Source of the DNA: a virus
Lineage: Duplodnaviria; Caudoviricetes
Virus record (IMG/VR): IMGVR_UViG_3300013014_000039
Location: 1 to 52,972 of that record
DNA: 52,972 bases
Direction: 5' to 3' (one strand)
The notes under the pieces: generated by a model
Database searches by the model: none
What the model was told of the DNA's origin: nothing
The model's input: only the letters and a program-made list of their open reading frames with translations
Part shown: positions 10,301 to 19,624 of the stretch, in pieces
How positions within the stretch are numbered: the first letter of the stretch is position 1
Layout: each line of letters opens with the position of its first letter
Position numbers and translations under genes: made by a program

Positions 10301-13300
10301 AACGTTGCGTTTGATCCAAAACTTGTATTTAACACAATAGGTGAGTACAACTACAGAACAAACACTGTAATCCTTGGGCCATTCGGACTCGATGAGGCGA
10401 CGCTACTGCACGAGCTTACGCACGCTGCAACTGTCAAACTCATCAATAAATACTATTCTGATCCAGACTCGCTGACCAAGAACCAGCGCGAAGCTATTAA
10501 GCATCTGGAAGATATTGCCTCTGTTGCTAAGTCAGTTATCACTGCTGACAAGTACAAGAATGCATTTGACAACTTGTATGAGTTCGTGGCTTACGCCATG
10601 ACTGACCTAGAGTTCCAAAACGAACTGCATAAGATACAAAAGCCTAGCCTTACTAAATACACAAACAAAACTGCGGAGCAAGACCCTGAGTTGGTTGAGC
10701 GCCGTGAACGTGCTTTGCGCGGGTACGAAAACTTGTTTGACACCTTATGGGGTCAGTTTGTTGGCGCTATTGCGCATCTATATCAGTTGTTCCGGCCTAA
10801 CGCAAAAGTTACCAAATACTTAGTTGGTTCAGAGAACTCTAAAGATGACGCAGCTGCTATACAAGACATGAGAGAGCGAGAAGCGTGGGAGACTCAAGTA
10901 CGCGACGGCGCTAACAAAAAACTTCTTGCGGATGCGATTGAAAGAATTAAAGCTGAAGTAATTAACCCAGCGGCAATGTCTTTTGTCGGTAGAAATTCTG
11001 CAAGCACTAATACTGCATTAACAGAAGACTCTGGTGCTGTAAGACAAGCTAAACAACTTATAGACAAGTACAACAAAAAATTAGTTGTTGTATCTGAAGC
11101 AACGCGCAATCCAACAGGCGTCGAGAAAAGAAGAGGCATTAAGAGGGTTGTTGGCGTCTATCAACTGTTTGATGAAATCAACAAGATTGCTGCTGGGATT
11201 GGCATAACAAAACTTGGGCTAACTCCAGCGCGTTTAGGTTCAATGGCGCAGAAAACGCCAACTGAGTTTTCAGAGGCTAAAGGTTACGAAGCGCCGCGCA
11301 AAACTAAAAAACAAAAAGACGAAGAACTTTCTGAACAAGAAAGAATTGACGCCGCTATGGAGTTGGTGGAAAAAGAATCACGCGGCGAATTAACACCTGC
11401 TGAAAAAGCGGCGTTTGATCAAGAAGCGTTATACGATAACCCTGAAGAACTAGCTAAAGAAGCCGCTATAACAAAAGGCGGTGAGGGTAAACCTAAAGAT
11501 ATAACAAGCCAATTATTCCGCAAGGCTGGAGTAACTAATCTAGATCGCATCCGTAACACTGAGCCAGGATATCGGGGCAACGCTTTGATGGAATTGTTCA
11601 TGGCTACGGAAGATATTCTTGCCGCGCCTGAAGGTGGTATAACTAAACTTGCTGGCAAAGAAGGCTTTGGAGACACACTGCCATCTAAGGGTTCTGCTAA
11701 AACAGTTCAGGCCACCACACCAGGTCAGCAGTCTGCTGAACAAATGACAGCAGAAGCTGAGAAAAACGTAGAGCTTAAAGACCGCACACCTAAAGTATTC
11801 TTTAAGAACTTGTTTACCAAGAAGGGCTTCCAGTCCGCAGTTGAGTTCTTCCAGAATGACCGCTACCTATTAAAGGTATTGTTTGACCGTGCCCGCATGT
11901 TTGGTCTTGTGACTGCTGTAGGTGAAAACGCTAATGATGTCTACAACGCTTTCAGCCGTTCTATTGGTATAGCCGTACATAAGTACAACACTGAAGTGCG
12001 TTCAGAAAGTATTGCTGTAGACAAAGCGGTAGAAGCCTATGCAGCAAAACTTGGCATTCCTGTGAAGGAAGCACTATCTAAACTGCATCTAATAATGCAG
12101 GCTCGCCATGAGCCAGAGCGTCGCCACGTCAAGTACCTGTTGAATGTGCCGTTGGATGACAACCCAACTTACAAGATAGGTAACGAGTACTACGCTGCGG
12201 CTACTATCCGTCAGAACATTATCGATACACTCACAGAGCCAACACCCGGTTTGACTGACGAGCAACGCACTGCTCGCGCACAGAAACTGCGTCAGATGCT
12301 TGAGACCATAGTAGCTGATCCTAAGTCCCGTCTAAAGATTAAAAAAGATAAGAATGGTAAGACTGTACCTGTAGAAGCAGCATATTTTGATGAGTCTAAC
12401 GAAAGATACAACGTGATTGCTGGTCGCTCACCACAAGAGATACAAGCATTCAGAGATACATTAGACCGCCCAGAATACAAGGCAGAGATCGATGCTGTGT
12501 CACAAGCACTGCGTGATCTGAATAAGAAAACAATCAAGCTCAACAAAGAAGCCAACTATTGGTCTGAGCCTGTTGCAAACTTTGTAGACTTCTACGGGTT
12601 CAAAGACTATGTGCCGTTCAAGGGTAGACCAGAAAACCGTACGATTGACGAAGAGTTTAACTTTGACGGTAGGCGTCTAGGCGGTGAGTTCACAAAACTG
12701 CAAGACCCGTTCAAGGGTCGTATGTCTGAATCTGAAAACCCAATCCTTCAGTCACTTGCTGACGGAGCATCTGCCGCACTAAATGCGGGGCGCAAGATAT
12801 TGCCTGAGACTATCGTCAACGCAATCAAGTCTGGGATCATCAAGGGCGAGTTTAAAGATACTATTAAGTTCTCTGATCGCTATGCTGGTCGTACAACTAG
12901 AACAGACATTACAGGTCCAAACAAAATCTTCTTGTACAAACCTGATGGCACTATTGATGTATGGCAAATTAACGGCAAGGATATGGCTGAAGCCATCAAG
13001 CGTAGTACAAAGACAACCAACCCACTGATTAACATGGTCGATCAGATCACTAGCGGTATTGGTCAGACACACACTCGCTACAACCCTGCTTTCGCGCCGA
13101 TGAACTTTGTGCGAGATTCATTCACTAACGCTGGAATCATTGGCGCTGAGTTTGACCCTGTAACAGGCGGTAAGTTACTTAGCGGTATGGCATCTGATGT
13201 TGCCAACAACGGCCTTGCTAGAGCGCTGAACTATTCAAGACTCTACGCTGACGGTAAGTTTGATGAGATAAAACGTCTTGCAGGTGGCAGTAAACCTTAC

Positions 13301-14872
13301 GAAAGCCTAGACGAACAAGAGCGTTACTACCGTGATCTGGCTGATTATGTCGAGATGGGTGGTCGCGTTTCTTATCTGCAAGGCGTTGCCGCTAGAGGTG
13401 CGCTAGATGAACTTATTAAAGAAGTCGGTCGTTCTGGCATTCTCAAGAAGAAAGACCAAGTAGATAAATTCATCGACATCTATAACGACATGTTTGAATT
13501 GTCCAGCCGTGTAGCGGCCTATAGATTGATCAAGGATGAGTACTACAACCAGAACTTGAAGAACAAGATGAATCCCTCAGAGGCAAAAGAAGACGCAAGG
13601 ATTCGTGCCGTTGAGTATGCTAAGAACCTTGCCAACTTCGAGCAGATCGGTCGTTGGGGTAAACAGGCTGGTGCGCTATTCATGTTCTTCCGTCCTGCCG
13701 CTACTGGTGCTGTCCGTGCTATCGAGGCGCTGGCTCCTGCATTTAGTTTTAATGAAGAGCAGTTCCGCAAGGAAGCTGAAGCTGAAGGTCGCACTAAAGC
13801 GCAGATTGACCAAGCTGTCGAGATTATGAATGAGCGTCAGTACGCTGCACGTCGCATGATGGCTACTATGGCTGGCATCGGTGTGGCGTTCTACATGATG
13901 GCTCTGATGATGGCTGGTGACGATGACCAAGGTCGCAACCGTATCGCTACAGATGATATGGCGCGTTGGACTCGCTACGCTAGATTCTTCATCCCAGGAA
14001 TTGAGAACCCAATCCAGTTGCCTTGGGGCTTCGGGCCTGGTGCTTTTGCATCTGCTGGCTCTCAGATTGCGGCTCTATCCACTGGGCGTGTGTCTATTGC
14101 TGAAGCATTCTCTAACATCATGACTGTCGGTATGGACTCGTTCTTGCCGCTGCCAATCTCGCGCATCAGTCCAATAGAAAACTTCCCTGCATGGGCTATG
14201 GACTCAGTAACTCCATCTGCATTCCGTCCGTTCTTTGAGTACGTGATGAACATGGATGGTTTGGGTCGTGAGATTTACAACAATCGTCAGACACGCTTTG
14301 GTGATGCATACACAGGTGGTGACAACATCCCTGAAGCCTATAAGATGGCGGCTCGTATGCTGTTTAAAGCAACTGATGGTGCAGTTGACTGGAGTCCAAA
14401 CACCATGTACTTCTTCGCTAATAACTATGCTGATGGTGCGGCAAAGATGGCTACGGCAGTTACTAACCTTGGACTAACAGTAGCAGGTCAAAAAGGGTTT
14501 GACCCAAAGAACGATATACCGTTTATTGGTAGTTTTATCGGCACTAAGTCAAACATAGATGCCCGCGAGTTCAGCAAAGTTGAAGAGCAAATCAAAGGGT
14601 TTGATAAACGCATCAACGCGCTAAAGGACAAACCAGAGTTGTTAAGTAGTTACTTAGACTCACACCAAGACGAGTATGCTGCGGTTCAGTTTTACAATCA
14701 TCAAGTCAACGGTCAACTAAGACAGTTACGTGCGGCTGCTAATCAGATCAGAGCTAGCGATGAGTTGACTCCACGTGAACGCAAACTCCAGTTAGAAGAA
14801 ATAAATGGCATGTCAAACATTGTCAAACGTCAACTACTGGATATGTTTGCGGAGATGGGTATCAAGCCTTAA
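7331..14872 (+). CDS. Large polyvalent internal virion protein (zincin HExxH domain, LPD38-like C-terminus)
   Basis: 2513 aa, LLHELTHAAT motif near nt 10400, C-terminal region resembling LPD38 (NFVRD, FELSSRVAAY, QLPWGFG, GREIY), last gene of the virion module. Confidence 0.7.
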   Translation: MATYRAKGADGKAYRFDGPPGLSTKEASFFLDQYLNMGGMEPEPAPLAPVEQKGETGFIPSVIRGGRGITSLLGDVAPAMLGKAVGANDYARRQMEEAAAYQKETERLYPAEVASYKDIDSVGKALTYVKESIGEALPSILPSVLTGGLAGVAGRGAQAAAMQAAEQVASRGVVKAMEAGPIQAATLEAIKKQALDAGIKEAQKIGLKYQTAGALAGSAAQNVPDVYQNIYEATGKQDLGAALAFGAFNSALDAITPIALLRKMSKAGVSPEEVAAAWYKRAGKGAVQGFISEGGTEALQEVSSAAAEKFVDKNQQFFSEKNFERFINAGLKGGFGGAGITAATDVAFGKGPTAPPSTETQTQQTQQEVPPGGEITDETTPETPLPPGGKGMAFTGNETLEALPEGFVMPAAPAAATTPNIDAKQADYDNRVKEIAILQSKPSLTEQEAGLLKGRIAKNERIKAEIDAERAALATKAESFGRYGEESTTGGQDAGQPIAQTGGEGASVPGATDTNAPAGGTGGAESTGMVRPGENATGADLGEATQSAPVNYTVADLLASGEADQDVPDFTAPPAATAEAPKQEAPVKKFDLRNRLEEFKKKKQDKLPSKGEGFDPELLELAADAEVDASKYDDEESLIAAIESSLAELDSLKNRISPAVVNAYEAAAAEHNAKFKAKAAGTVTPKFSDLLRENPDAVRIFLSNITGPDITPSALSTKTPEQRQAAIDSAVQKVGEHLDKKRSQSEAVGRQATQLGQDKEATQTLAKADAAMGIRYEDQRKLFPSIGTLPPWESLSRASKNLFGSANVNDTVLEQALALNLVKEQVELEAKGEKAKDAATDAEAIAIGQMYRQAQQERKNQPAGKGSLLPLGILVKLRRGDVKAALEYLRQDAKGIKIGKSKFGRVRYGYTVTEINDDIKDEVPFKIGNVLSLGDFEAYADRYGDSFTVEKRQISNNTPQQQALMANKVFSSLVFKNLAEKLLDIKDFKVNVAFDPKLVFNTIGEYNYRTNTVILGPFGLDEATLLHELTHAATVKLINKYYSDPDSLTKNQREAIKHLEDIASVAKSVITADKYKNAFDNLYEFVAYAMTDLEFQNELHKIQKPSLTKYTNKTAEQDPELVERRERALRGYENLFDTLWGQFVGAIAHLYQLFRPNAKVTKYLVGSENSKDDAAAIQDMREREAWETQVRDGANKKLLADAIERIKAEVINPAAMSFVGRNSASTNTALTEDSGAVRQAKQLIDKYNKKLVVVSEATRNPTGVEKRRGIKRVVGVYQLFDEINKIAAGIGITKLGLTPARLGSMAQKTPTEFSEAKGYEAPRKTKKQKDEELSEQERIDAAMELVEKESRGELTPAEKAAFDQEALYDNPEELAKEAAITKGGEGKPKDITSQLFRKAGVTNLDRIRNTEPGYRGNALMELFMATEDILAAPEGGITKLAGKEGFGDTLPSKGSAKTVQATTPGQQSAEQMTAEAEKNVELKDRTPKVFFKNLFTKKGFQSAVEFFQNDRYLLKVLFDRARMFGLVTAVGENANDVYNAFSRSIGIAVHKYNTEVRSESIAVDKAVEAYAAKLGIPVKEALSKLHLIMQARHEPERRHVKYLLNVPLDDNPTYKIGNEYYAAATIRQNIIDTLTEPTPGLTDEQRTARAQKLRQMLETIVADPKSRLKIKKDKNGKTVPVEAAYFDESNERYNVIAGRSPQEIQAFRDTLDRPEYKAEIDAVSQALRDLNKKTIKLNKEANYWSEPVANFVDFYGFKDYVPFKGRPENRTIDEEFNFDGRRLGGEFTKLQDPFKGRMSESENPILQSLADGASAALNAGRKILPETIVNAIKSGIIKGEFKDTIKFSDRYAGRTTRTDITGPNKIFLYKPDGTIDVWQINGKDMAEAIKRSTKTTNPLINMVDQITSGIGQTHTRYNPAFAPMNFVRDSFTNAGIIGAEFDPVTGGKLLSGMASDVANNGLARALNYSRLYADGKFDEIKRLAGGSKPYESLDEQERYYRDLADYVEMGGRVSYLQGVAARGALDELIKEVGRSGILKKKDQVDKFIDIYNDMFELSSRVAAYRLIKDEYYNQNLKNKMNPSEAKEDARIRAVEYAKNLANFEQIGRWGKQAGALFMFFRPAATGAVRAIEALAPAFSFNEEQFRKEAEAEGRTKAQIDQAVEIMNERQYAARRMMATMAGIGVAFYMMALMMAGDDDQGRNRIATDDMARWTRYARFFIPGIENPIQLPWGFGPGAFASAGSQIAALSTGRVSIAEAFSNIMTVGMDSFLPLPISRISPIENFPAWAMDSVTPSAFRPFFEYVMNMDGLGREIYNNRQTRFGDAYTGGDNIPEAYKMAARMLFKATDGAVDWSPNTMYFFANNYADGAAKMATAVTNLGLTVAGQKGFDPKNDIPFIGSFIGTKSNIDAREFSKVEEQIKGFDKRINALKDKPELLSSYLDSHQDEYAAVQFYNHQVNGQLRQLRAAANQIRASDELTPRERKLQLEEINGMSNIVKRQLLDMFAEMGIKP
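8808..8981 (+). CDS. Overprinted 57-aa protein nested in another frame of the giant gene
   Basis: AGGAGG at 8797-8802 then ATG 8808; product MLDNLSLKQVEKALAYLAQPIQTHPPEGLEELNPQEWFVLERMLQALISEKLHSPLQ looks amphipathic-helical while the host frame is a low-complexity linker. Confidence 0.55.
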   Translation: MLDNLSLKQVEKALAYLAQPIQTHPPEGLEELNPQEWFVLERMLQALISEKLHSPLQ

Positions 14873-15093
14873 CTCATACGCCATGCACGGACACCGAGGA
14901 AACCCTCCTCGGTTGTCGTAAACACTTTCATAACCACACCAGACTTCTTAGCTGTCGTATCGATGATGTACGCCATGTATGCTGGCTTCATCGTAGGCAA
15001 GAAGAAGCTATCCCCCACACTCATTCCAGCGTAGGGGAAGACCCATGTCGGTTCATCGAACGGAGTGTCATTCGGAGACGGCTTCTTGCTCAT
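14869..15093 (-). CDS. Small putative DNA-binding phage protein
   Basis: 74 aa from ATG 15093; FPYAGMSVGDSFF...GVRAWR pattern typical of a widespread small phage family. Confidence 0.6.
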   Translation of the reverse strand: MSKKPSPNDTPFDEPTWVFPYAGMSVGDSFFLPTMKPAYMAYIIDTTAKKSGVVMKVFTTTEEGFLGVRAWRMS

Positions 15094-17953
15094 CTTGGAA
15101 TAAGTGACTGATGTCCATGACGATGCGGTATGCCTGAATGTTTGTTGAACCAAACGCAGACTTCCAGCCACTAGCCATCTGCTTACGGTCTTTGTGCTTC
15201 AAGATGCCCTTGCGAGTTAACTCAGATTCAAACCAAGTCGTGCCTAACTTTACAGTCTTGAGGTACTCTTTCATGGCGGCAGATGAAACCCATATAGTGT
15301 TTTCGTCTACCTCGGCACGGATGTAGAGCGCCTGTTTAGGATCAGCAACTACACGTCCGTCACGGATAACCAAAGTGTTCTGAATGTTCTTGTTGATGAA
15401 GTCACCAAGTACGCTCTCTGCTTTGCTATCGTCTTCTTCCTGCTTGCCGTCAATAATCTTCTCGAAGTCAACTCCAACCACAGCAAAGATACGGTCTAAG
15501 TCAAAATCAGTCAGACCCATGTTGTTGGTGATGTTGCCTGCAACTCTAGTGATAGCAACTAGGTTAGACAGGAAGCGGTACTCTGCGTTCTTGGTGTACT
15601 TCTCACCGACGTTAAGATACTCTTTGGTAGCGCGGCGCTTAACTTCTTCTGTTGTTATTCTAAATAACTCTTGTATGTACAGTGGGCCCGCGTGACCGAA
15701 GTGGGACTTCAACGTCTCAAACATTAACATGCCACGCTCATCTGTCAACTCGTACCCCTCTACGTTAGGGCGTTGGATGATTGGCTCAAGAATACGCATC
15801 TCTTCTGGGTTCGTATCACCTTTGTACTGAGACATTGCATCGCGCAGTCTGGTGTTGGTTGTGATGACCGAGATAAGTTTGGTAATGAACGATGCTTCGC
15901 GCTCTTGGTTAGTAGACGCTTGCATACGTAACTTAGGCTGACCAGATGAGACGTTGTAGGCTACGTGAGACAGAATCTTTCCATCTGTGTTTGACTGTTC
16001 ATCCAGACCAAAAGGCAGGTTCTTACAGGCAATCATGCGAGTAATCAGTGCGTTCTGTGTCGCATCGAACACTGCTAGGTTCTCAGGGTGACCCCAAATA
16101 CTTAGCGCACCATACAGCGCACCAGTCTTACCGAAGCCCGACTTGCCATAGAGAGAAAGTATCACTCCGTTGACATTGGTAAATTCCATCAATGGGCTTG
16201 CAAATCCGCACAGCACAGAAAAGGCGTGCCATTCGTACCCTGGGTCCCCGAACATAGAGATTGACTTCTTCCAATCTTCTAACGTGCCATTCGGCCTGAT
16301 GTTACGAACAATGTTCTTCACTAATGGTGAAGGAGGGCATTGTCTTGTTGTGCCGTCTGCCATGTACTCCGTAGTACCGATAACAAACGAATCGCATTTC
16401 TCTGAAGTCCAACCTTGTTGCATTCTCATAACCTCTGCTTTCTTGATAGTTGTTAAGTATGTTGACCATTTCATGATGTAACTCGCCATCTTGGGTGCGT
16501 TAGACGGTTCAAACTTCAGACCATTACTTAGAAGAATAATCTTGAGTTTGTCGTACAGACCAACGTCTTTTAGTGGAAGAATAAATTCACGCGATTCGTC
16601 TTTTGGAAAGTCGATGCGCATGACCAAGCATTCGCCGTCGTGCGTACTGTAAATACGCTGGATTGGATAAACGTCGAAGGGTGATAGTAGTTCGGGATCG
16701 TCTTGAACTAGTTTGCCTTTTTTGTCTCTTCTTGGGGGAGGGCTGTAGTAGATGCCGCCATTGACTCCTCTGAAGTAGGGCTGGAGGTAGTCGGGGAAGA
16801 AAACTTCTTTGGTATTCGGCTCTTCCCGAACTGATTCCTCTTGATCTTCTGTTTGTCCGCTTGTGCTTCCATTAGGTTCTCCGTCAAGTTGTTCATAAGA
16901 TGTGTGTTGGGCAATCTTGATGACTTTTCCAAGTCCGATAGGCCCAACTTTTCCAAGCCTAGAGCGATGGGGACACCCAACGCATCCGCTTGGGTTTTCT
17001 TTAGCAAAGGCGTCGCAACTGTGAGACCAAGCGGCTTCTCGTTTTGATTGTTCTGCTTTTCGTTCTGTTTCACCCCATGTGTAGTTAGGATGTTCATCTG
17101 ACATTCCATGTATGGCAGTAGCGCCATCACGACACCGAGCGGCGACAGATAGTCCAGCGTACCAGAGTGGCTCTGGGCAATCAGCTTGCTCTTCGAGTAT
17201 GTATTTAATTTGTGCACAACCATTTCCTTCTAGGCTGTCAACTGCAATCTTTTGAAAGTCATATTCAAAGTTGCCATTGAGTTTGTCGTAGATTGCTTGT
17301 GTGTCTTCGTCGAGTCCTTTCTCAACATTACGCAAGTCGAACTTCTCTTCGATCTCGCCCAATGCTGGCGCGAGGCGATCAAAGCTGTAGGTATAAACAT
17401 CCGTCAACATCACAGACGGTGTTGGAGGATCATATCTATAGTTGCTTGTCCCAGGCACGCGCATCAAGCGAGCTGAGTCTGCTGCTACTGCTTGGTCGAT
17501 AAGCAATTCGCGGTCTGTGCAGAGTTGCTTGAACTTCTTAGCGTAGGGCACCCACTTTTCAGCGGGCATCTCCTCATCAAATATCCAGTAAGCATGTATG
17601 CCACCACCCGAATCTATTAAGACAGGTTGGGGCCAGTTGATTTCTTCACAGAAACGTTCTAAGTCTTTTAGTGCCGCTTCCTTTGAAGGGTAGGTGTCTT
17701 TCCCATGCTCAACATCGATGTCAAGGAAAAATGCTTTTACGTATATGCAGTTCTCTTGCTTGCGGCGCAAGCCTTCGTAAGTACCAGGTGTGAAATAAAC
17801 ATTGTGTTGAATATCAATAAATCTTTGTGCAAGTGCAATAGCGTCTCCAACACTAGTTGCAAATTTTGGTTTAATGATTCCTTCTTTGTCTATTCCAGCT
17901 ATACATACGTTACCCTGCGCAGGGAAGATTTTCTCAAAAAATTGTTGGTTCAT
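15068..17953 (-). CDS. Primase-helicase (AEP/RepB-type primase fused to DUF927-like P-loop helicase)
   Basis: FFLDIDV, SGGGIHAYW and RLMRVPGTSN primase motifs, Cys cluster, Walker A GKSGFGKT, Walker B FGLDE. Confidence 0.85.
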   Translation of the reverse strand: MNQQFFEKIFPAQGNVCIAGIDKEGIIKPKFATSVGDAIALAQRFIDIQHNVYFTPGTYEGLRRKQENCIYVKAFFLDIDVEHGKDTYPSKEAALKDLERFCEEINWPQPVLIDSGGGIHAYWIFDEEMPAEKWVPYAKKFKQLCTDRELLIDQAVAADSARLMRVPGTSNYRYDPPTPSVMLTDVYTYSFDRLAPALGEIEEKFDLRNVEKGLDEDTQAIYDKLNGNFEYDFQKIAVDSLEGNGCAQIKYILEEQADCPEPLWYAGLSVAARCRDGATAIHGMSDEHPNYTWGETERKAEQSKREAAWSHSCDAFAKENPSGCVGCPHRSRLGKVGPIGLGKVIKIAQHTSYEQLDGEPNGSTSGQTEDQEESVREEPNTKEVFFPDYLQPYFRGVNGGIYYSPPPRRDKKGKLVQDDPELLSPFDVYPIQRIYSTHDGECLVMRIDFPKDESREFILPLKDVGLYDKLKIILLSNGLKFEPSNAPKMASYIMKWSTYLTTIKKAEVMRMQQGWTSEKCDSFVIGTTEYMADGTTRQCPPSPLVKNIVRNIRPNGTLEDWKKSISMFGDPGYEWHAFSVLCGFASPLMEFTNVNGVILSLYGKSGFGKTGALYGALSIWGHPENLAVFDATQNALITRMIACKNLPFGLDEQSNTDGKILSHVAYNVSSGQPKLRMQASTNQEREASFITKLISVITTNTRLRDAMSQYKGDTNPEEMRILEPIIQRPNVEGYELTDERGMLMFETLKSHFGHAGPLYIQELFRITTEEVKRRATKEYLNVGEKYTKNAEYRFLSNLVAITRVAGNITNNMGLTDFDLDRIFAVVGVDFEKIIDGKQEEDDSKAESVLGDFINKNIQNTLVIRDGRVVADPKQALYIRAEVDENTIWVSSAAMKEYLKTVKLGTTWFESELTRKGILKHKDRKQMASGWKSAFGSTNIQAYRIVMDISHLFQDEQEAVSE

Positions 17954-17966
17954 ATTCGCAGAGACG

Positions 17967-17988
17967 AAAAAGCGGAAGTTACTCCGCT
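17967..17988 (-). terminator. Intrinsic terminator/attenuator upstream of primase-helicase
   Basis: Minus strand AGCGGAG-TAAC-TTCCGCT followed by a T run; second hairpin at 17998-18017. Confidence 0.6.
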
Positions 17989-18019
17989 GTGAAAGATGAA
18001 CTGACCTAAGTCAGTTCGG

Positions 18020-18349
18020 CTATTTGTGATTCGCGGAAGTTATCGGTTTGCCGACCATATCTTTCAAATACGCACGCGCATCACGTAGGTTCTTGCAAGG
18101 CAAGATACCTTTGGCTAAGTCCTCCTCAACTAGTTTGATAAACACTTCTATCTTGGCTCGTTTGGCGTAGCGGATGACCCCGCCCCTGAACCACGAATGG
18201 ATAGTCATCCGTGTGGTGTCGAACACTTGCGCAACGTATGTAGCAGGCAAGCCTGCTTTGATACATGTACTGGCTAAGTCAATGCCTAGCCTGTATGTTT
18301 TAGTGTTCTCTACCGTGTCCAGTAGGTCAGAGCCATATCCTCTAGCCAT
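18020..18349 (-). CDS. HTH DNA-binding protein (XRE/Cro-like)
   Basis: ATYVAQVFDTTRMTIHSWFRGG helix-turn-helix pattern. Confidence 0.65.
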   Translation of the reverse strand: MARGYGSDLLDTVENTKTYRLGIDLASTCIKAGLPATYVAQVFDTTRMTIHSWFRGGVIRYAKRAKIEVFIKLVEEDLAKGILPCKNLRDARAYLKDMVGKPITSANHK

Positions 18350-19197
18350 TACTTCTTAGACCACTTCTTAACAATGTCTGTCACGTCTTCGCTTTTAGCT
18401 GACGCTTTAGCGGTCTTGTTAACAGTTGGTTCAGGCATGGCTTCTTGTGTAGAAGGTTGTGCTTCTTCCTCGTCACCGCCGTCTGTCTTATAGACAGTCA
18501 ACTTGACTGCACTCTCCGCCGCAGTGGACTTGCTTTGGTTAAGAATAGTCTCACGCATCTCAGGAGGGACAGCGCTGCTTGGAGAGAACAACAGACGAGG
18601 CACTGGCGAGTTGATATCAAATTGCATCTTTGTAATGATCTTGCCTGCACTCACGTTGTTGTTAGCAAGCATTTGGATATATGGTCTGAAAGGCCATTTA
18701 CCGCTATCTTCCTTGCCAAACGCGCTAGTTGCTGGAAGCACTAACTGATACACATCTCCTGCGGGATCGTTCGGAAGAACGACAGCAGTGCGCCATGACA
18801 GACGGCACGCAGTGCCTTGACCGCCTTGACCTGAACCCTTTACAGAGTTAGGGCAGTCAGCGCAAGTAAGCGCGGCTGGCGATTTAACCTCTGGGTCAGG
18901 AACCTTAGAGTCGTTAGACCAGCAAGCAGGGGACAACTTAACGCCCTTCTTGTAAGACTGGTTGTAGTAAGTGCGCGATGCTTCGTGAGCCATCTTGACG
19001 ATGATCACGTTCATTGAGTTGTCAGTGTTGACACTCTGCTCTTTACCGCCAACAATCTTGCGGAACACACGCCCCTCAATAGAGATGCGCTTATTGCCTT
19101 TGGTTGCACCGCCTGCTACTGCAAGGGTGTCTGCATCAAGACCCAGTTCAACAAGGCTGTTATCTGAACTGATGATGTTTGCGAGTTCGTTACTCAT
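18349..19197 (-). CDS. Single-stranded DNA-binding/annealing protein
   Basis: 282 aa, CWSND..CADCPNS..CRLS Cys motif, acidic C-terminal region, in replication cluster. Confidence 0.6.
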   Translation of the reverse strand: MSNELANIISSDNSLVELGLDADTLAVAGGATKGNKRISIEGRVFRKIVGGKEQSVNTDNSMNVIIVKMAHEASRTYYNQSYKKGVKLSPACWSNDSKVPDPEVKSPAALTCADCPNSVKGSGQGGQGTACRLSWRTAVVLPNDPAGDVYQLVLPATSAFGKEDSGKWPFRPYIQMLANNNVSAGKIITKMQFDINSPVPRLLFSPSSAVPPEMRETILNQSKSTAAESAVKLTVYKTDGGDEEEAQPSTQEAMPEPTVNKTAKASAKSEDVTDIVKKWSKK

Positions 19198-19210
19198 AAT
19201 ACTGTTTTCC

Positions 19211-19624
19211 TTAAACTGTTAATTCACTAGTTGCTGAAGCCTTACGCACGACAATATCGTACTCACGCAAGGCATTCACGCCTGGGGGCAAGCCATCGCC
19301 TGCTCTTTCGGACATGAATTCTTTGAAGTTCTTTTGATGGATACGACGCTCCAACAAATCAATCGAGCCTTCTTGCTCGACGAACTCTTTAAAATGATCC
19401 CAATCAGTACAAAAGAACCGCTCTTTCACTGTGCGTGTAACAGTGCCGTGTGATGTGCGGAAACCATTCATGTTGGTCTCGTTGCATACAGCGAGCATTG
19501 CGGCTTGTATCTCTTCCATTGCTTCTTTGAGGTCTGAATCTTGGGAGTCGTATTTTGCCTTCAATTCTTCGCGCATTTTACGAATCTCAAGATAATCTTT
19601 TACTAACGCTTCTCCGTCATTCAT
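19211..19624 (-). CDS. Conserved phage replication-module protein
   Basis: 137 aa coiled coil plus DWDHF..LLERRIHQ..LPPGVN motif, next to SSB. Confidence 0.6.
   Translation of the reverse strand: MNDGEALVKDYLEIRKMREELKAKYDSQDSDLKEAMEEIQAAMLAVCNETNMNGFRTSHGTVTRTVKERFFCTDWDHFKEFVEQEGSIDLLERRIHQKNFKEFMSERAGDGLPPGVNALREYDIVVRKASATSELTV

Noticed and set aside
3254-14477. Numerous antisense and alternative-frame ORFs in the structural genes
   Set aside because: Shadow ORFs without SD or protein-like composition, except 8808-8981.
14869-14872. Convergent operons sharing a TTAA double stop without a terminator
   Set aside because: Common compaction feature in phage genomes.
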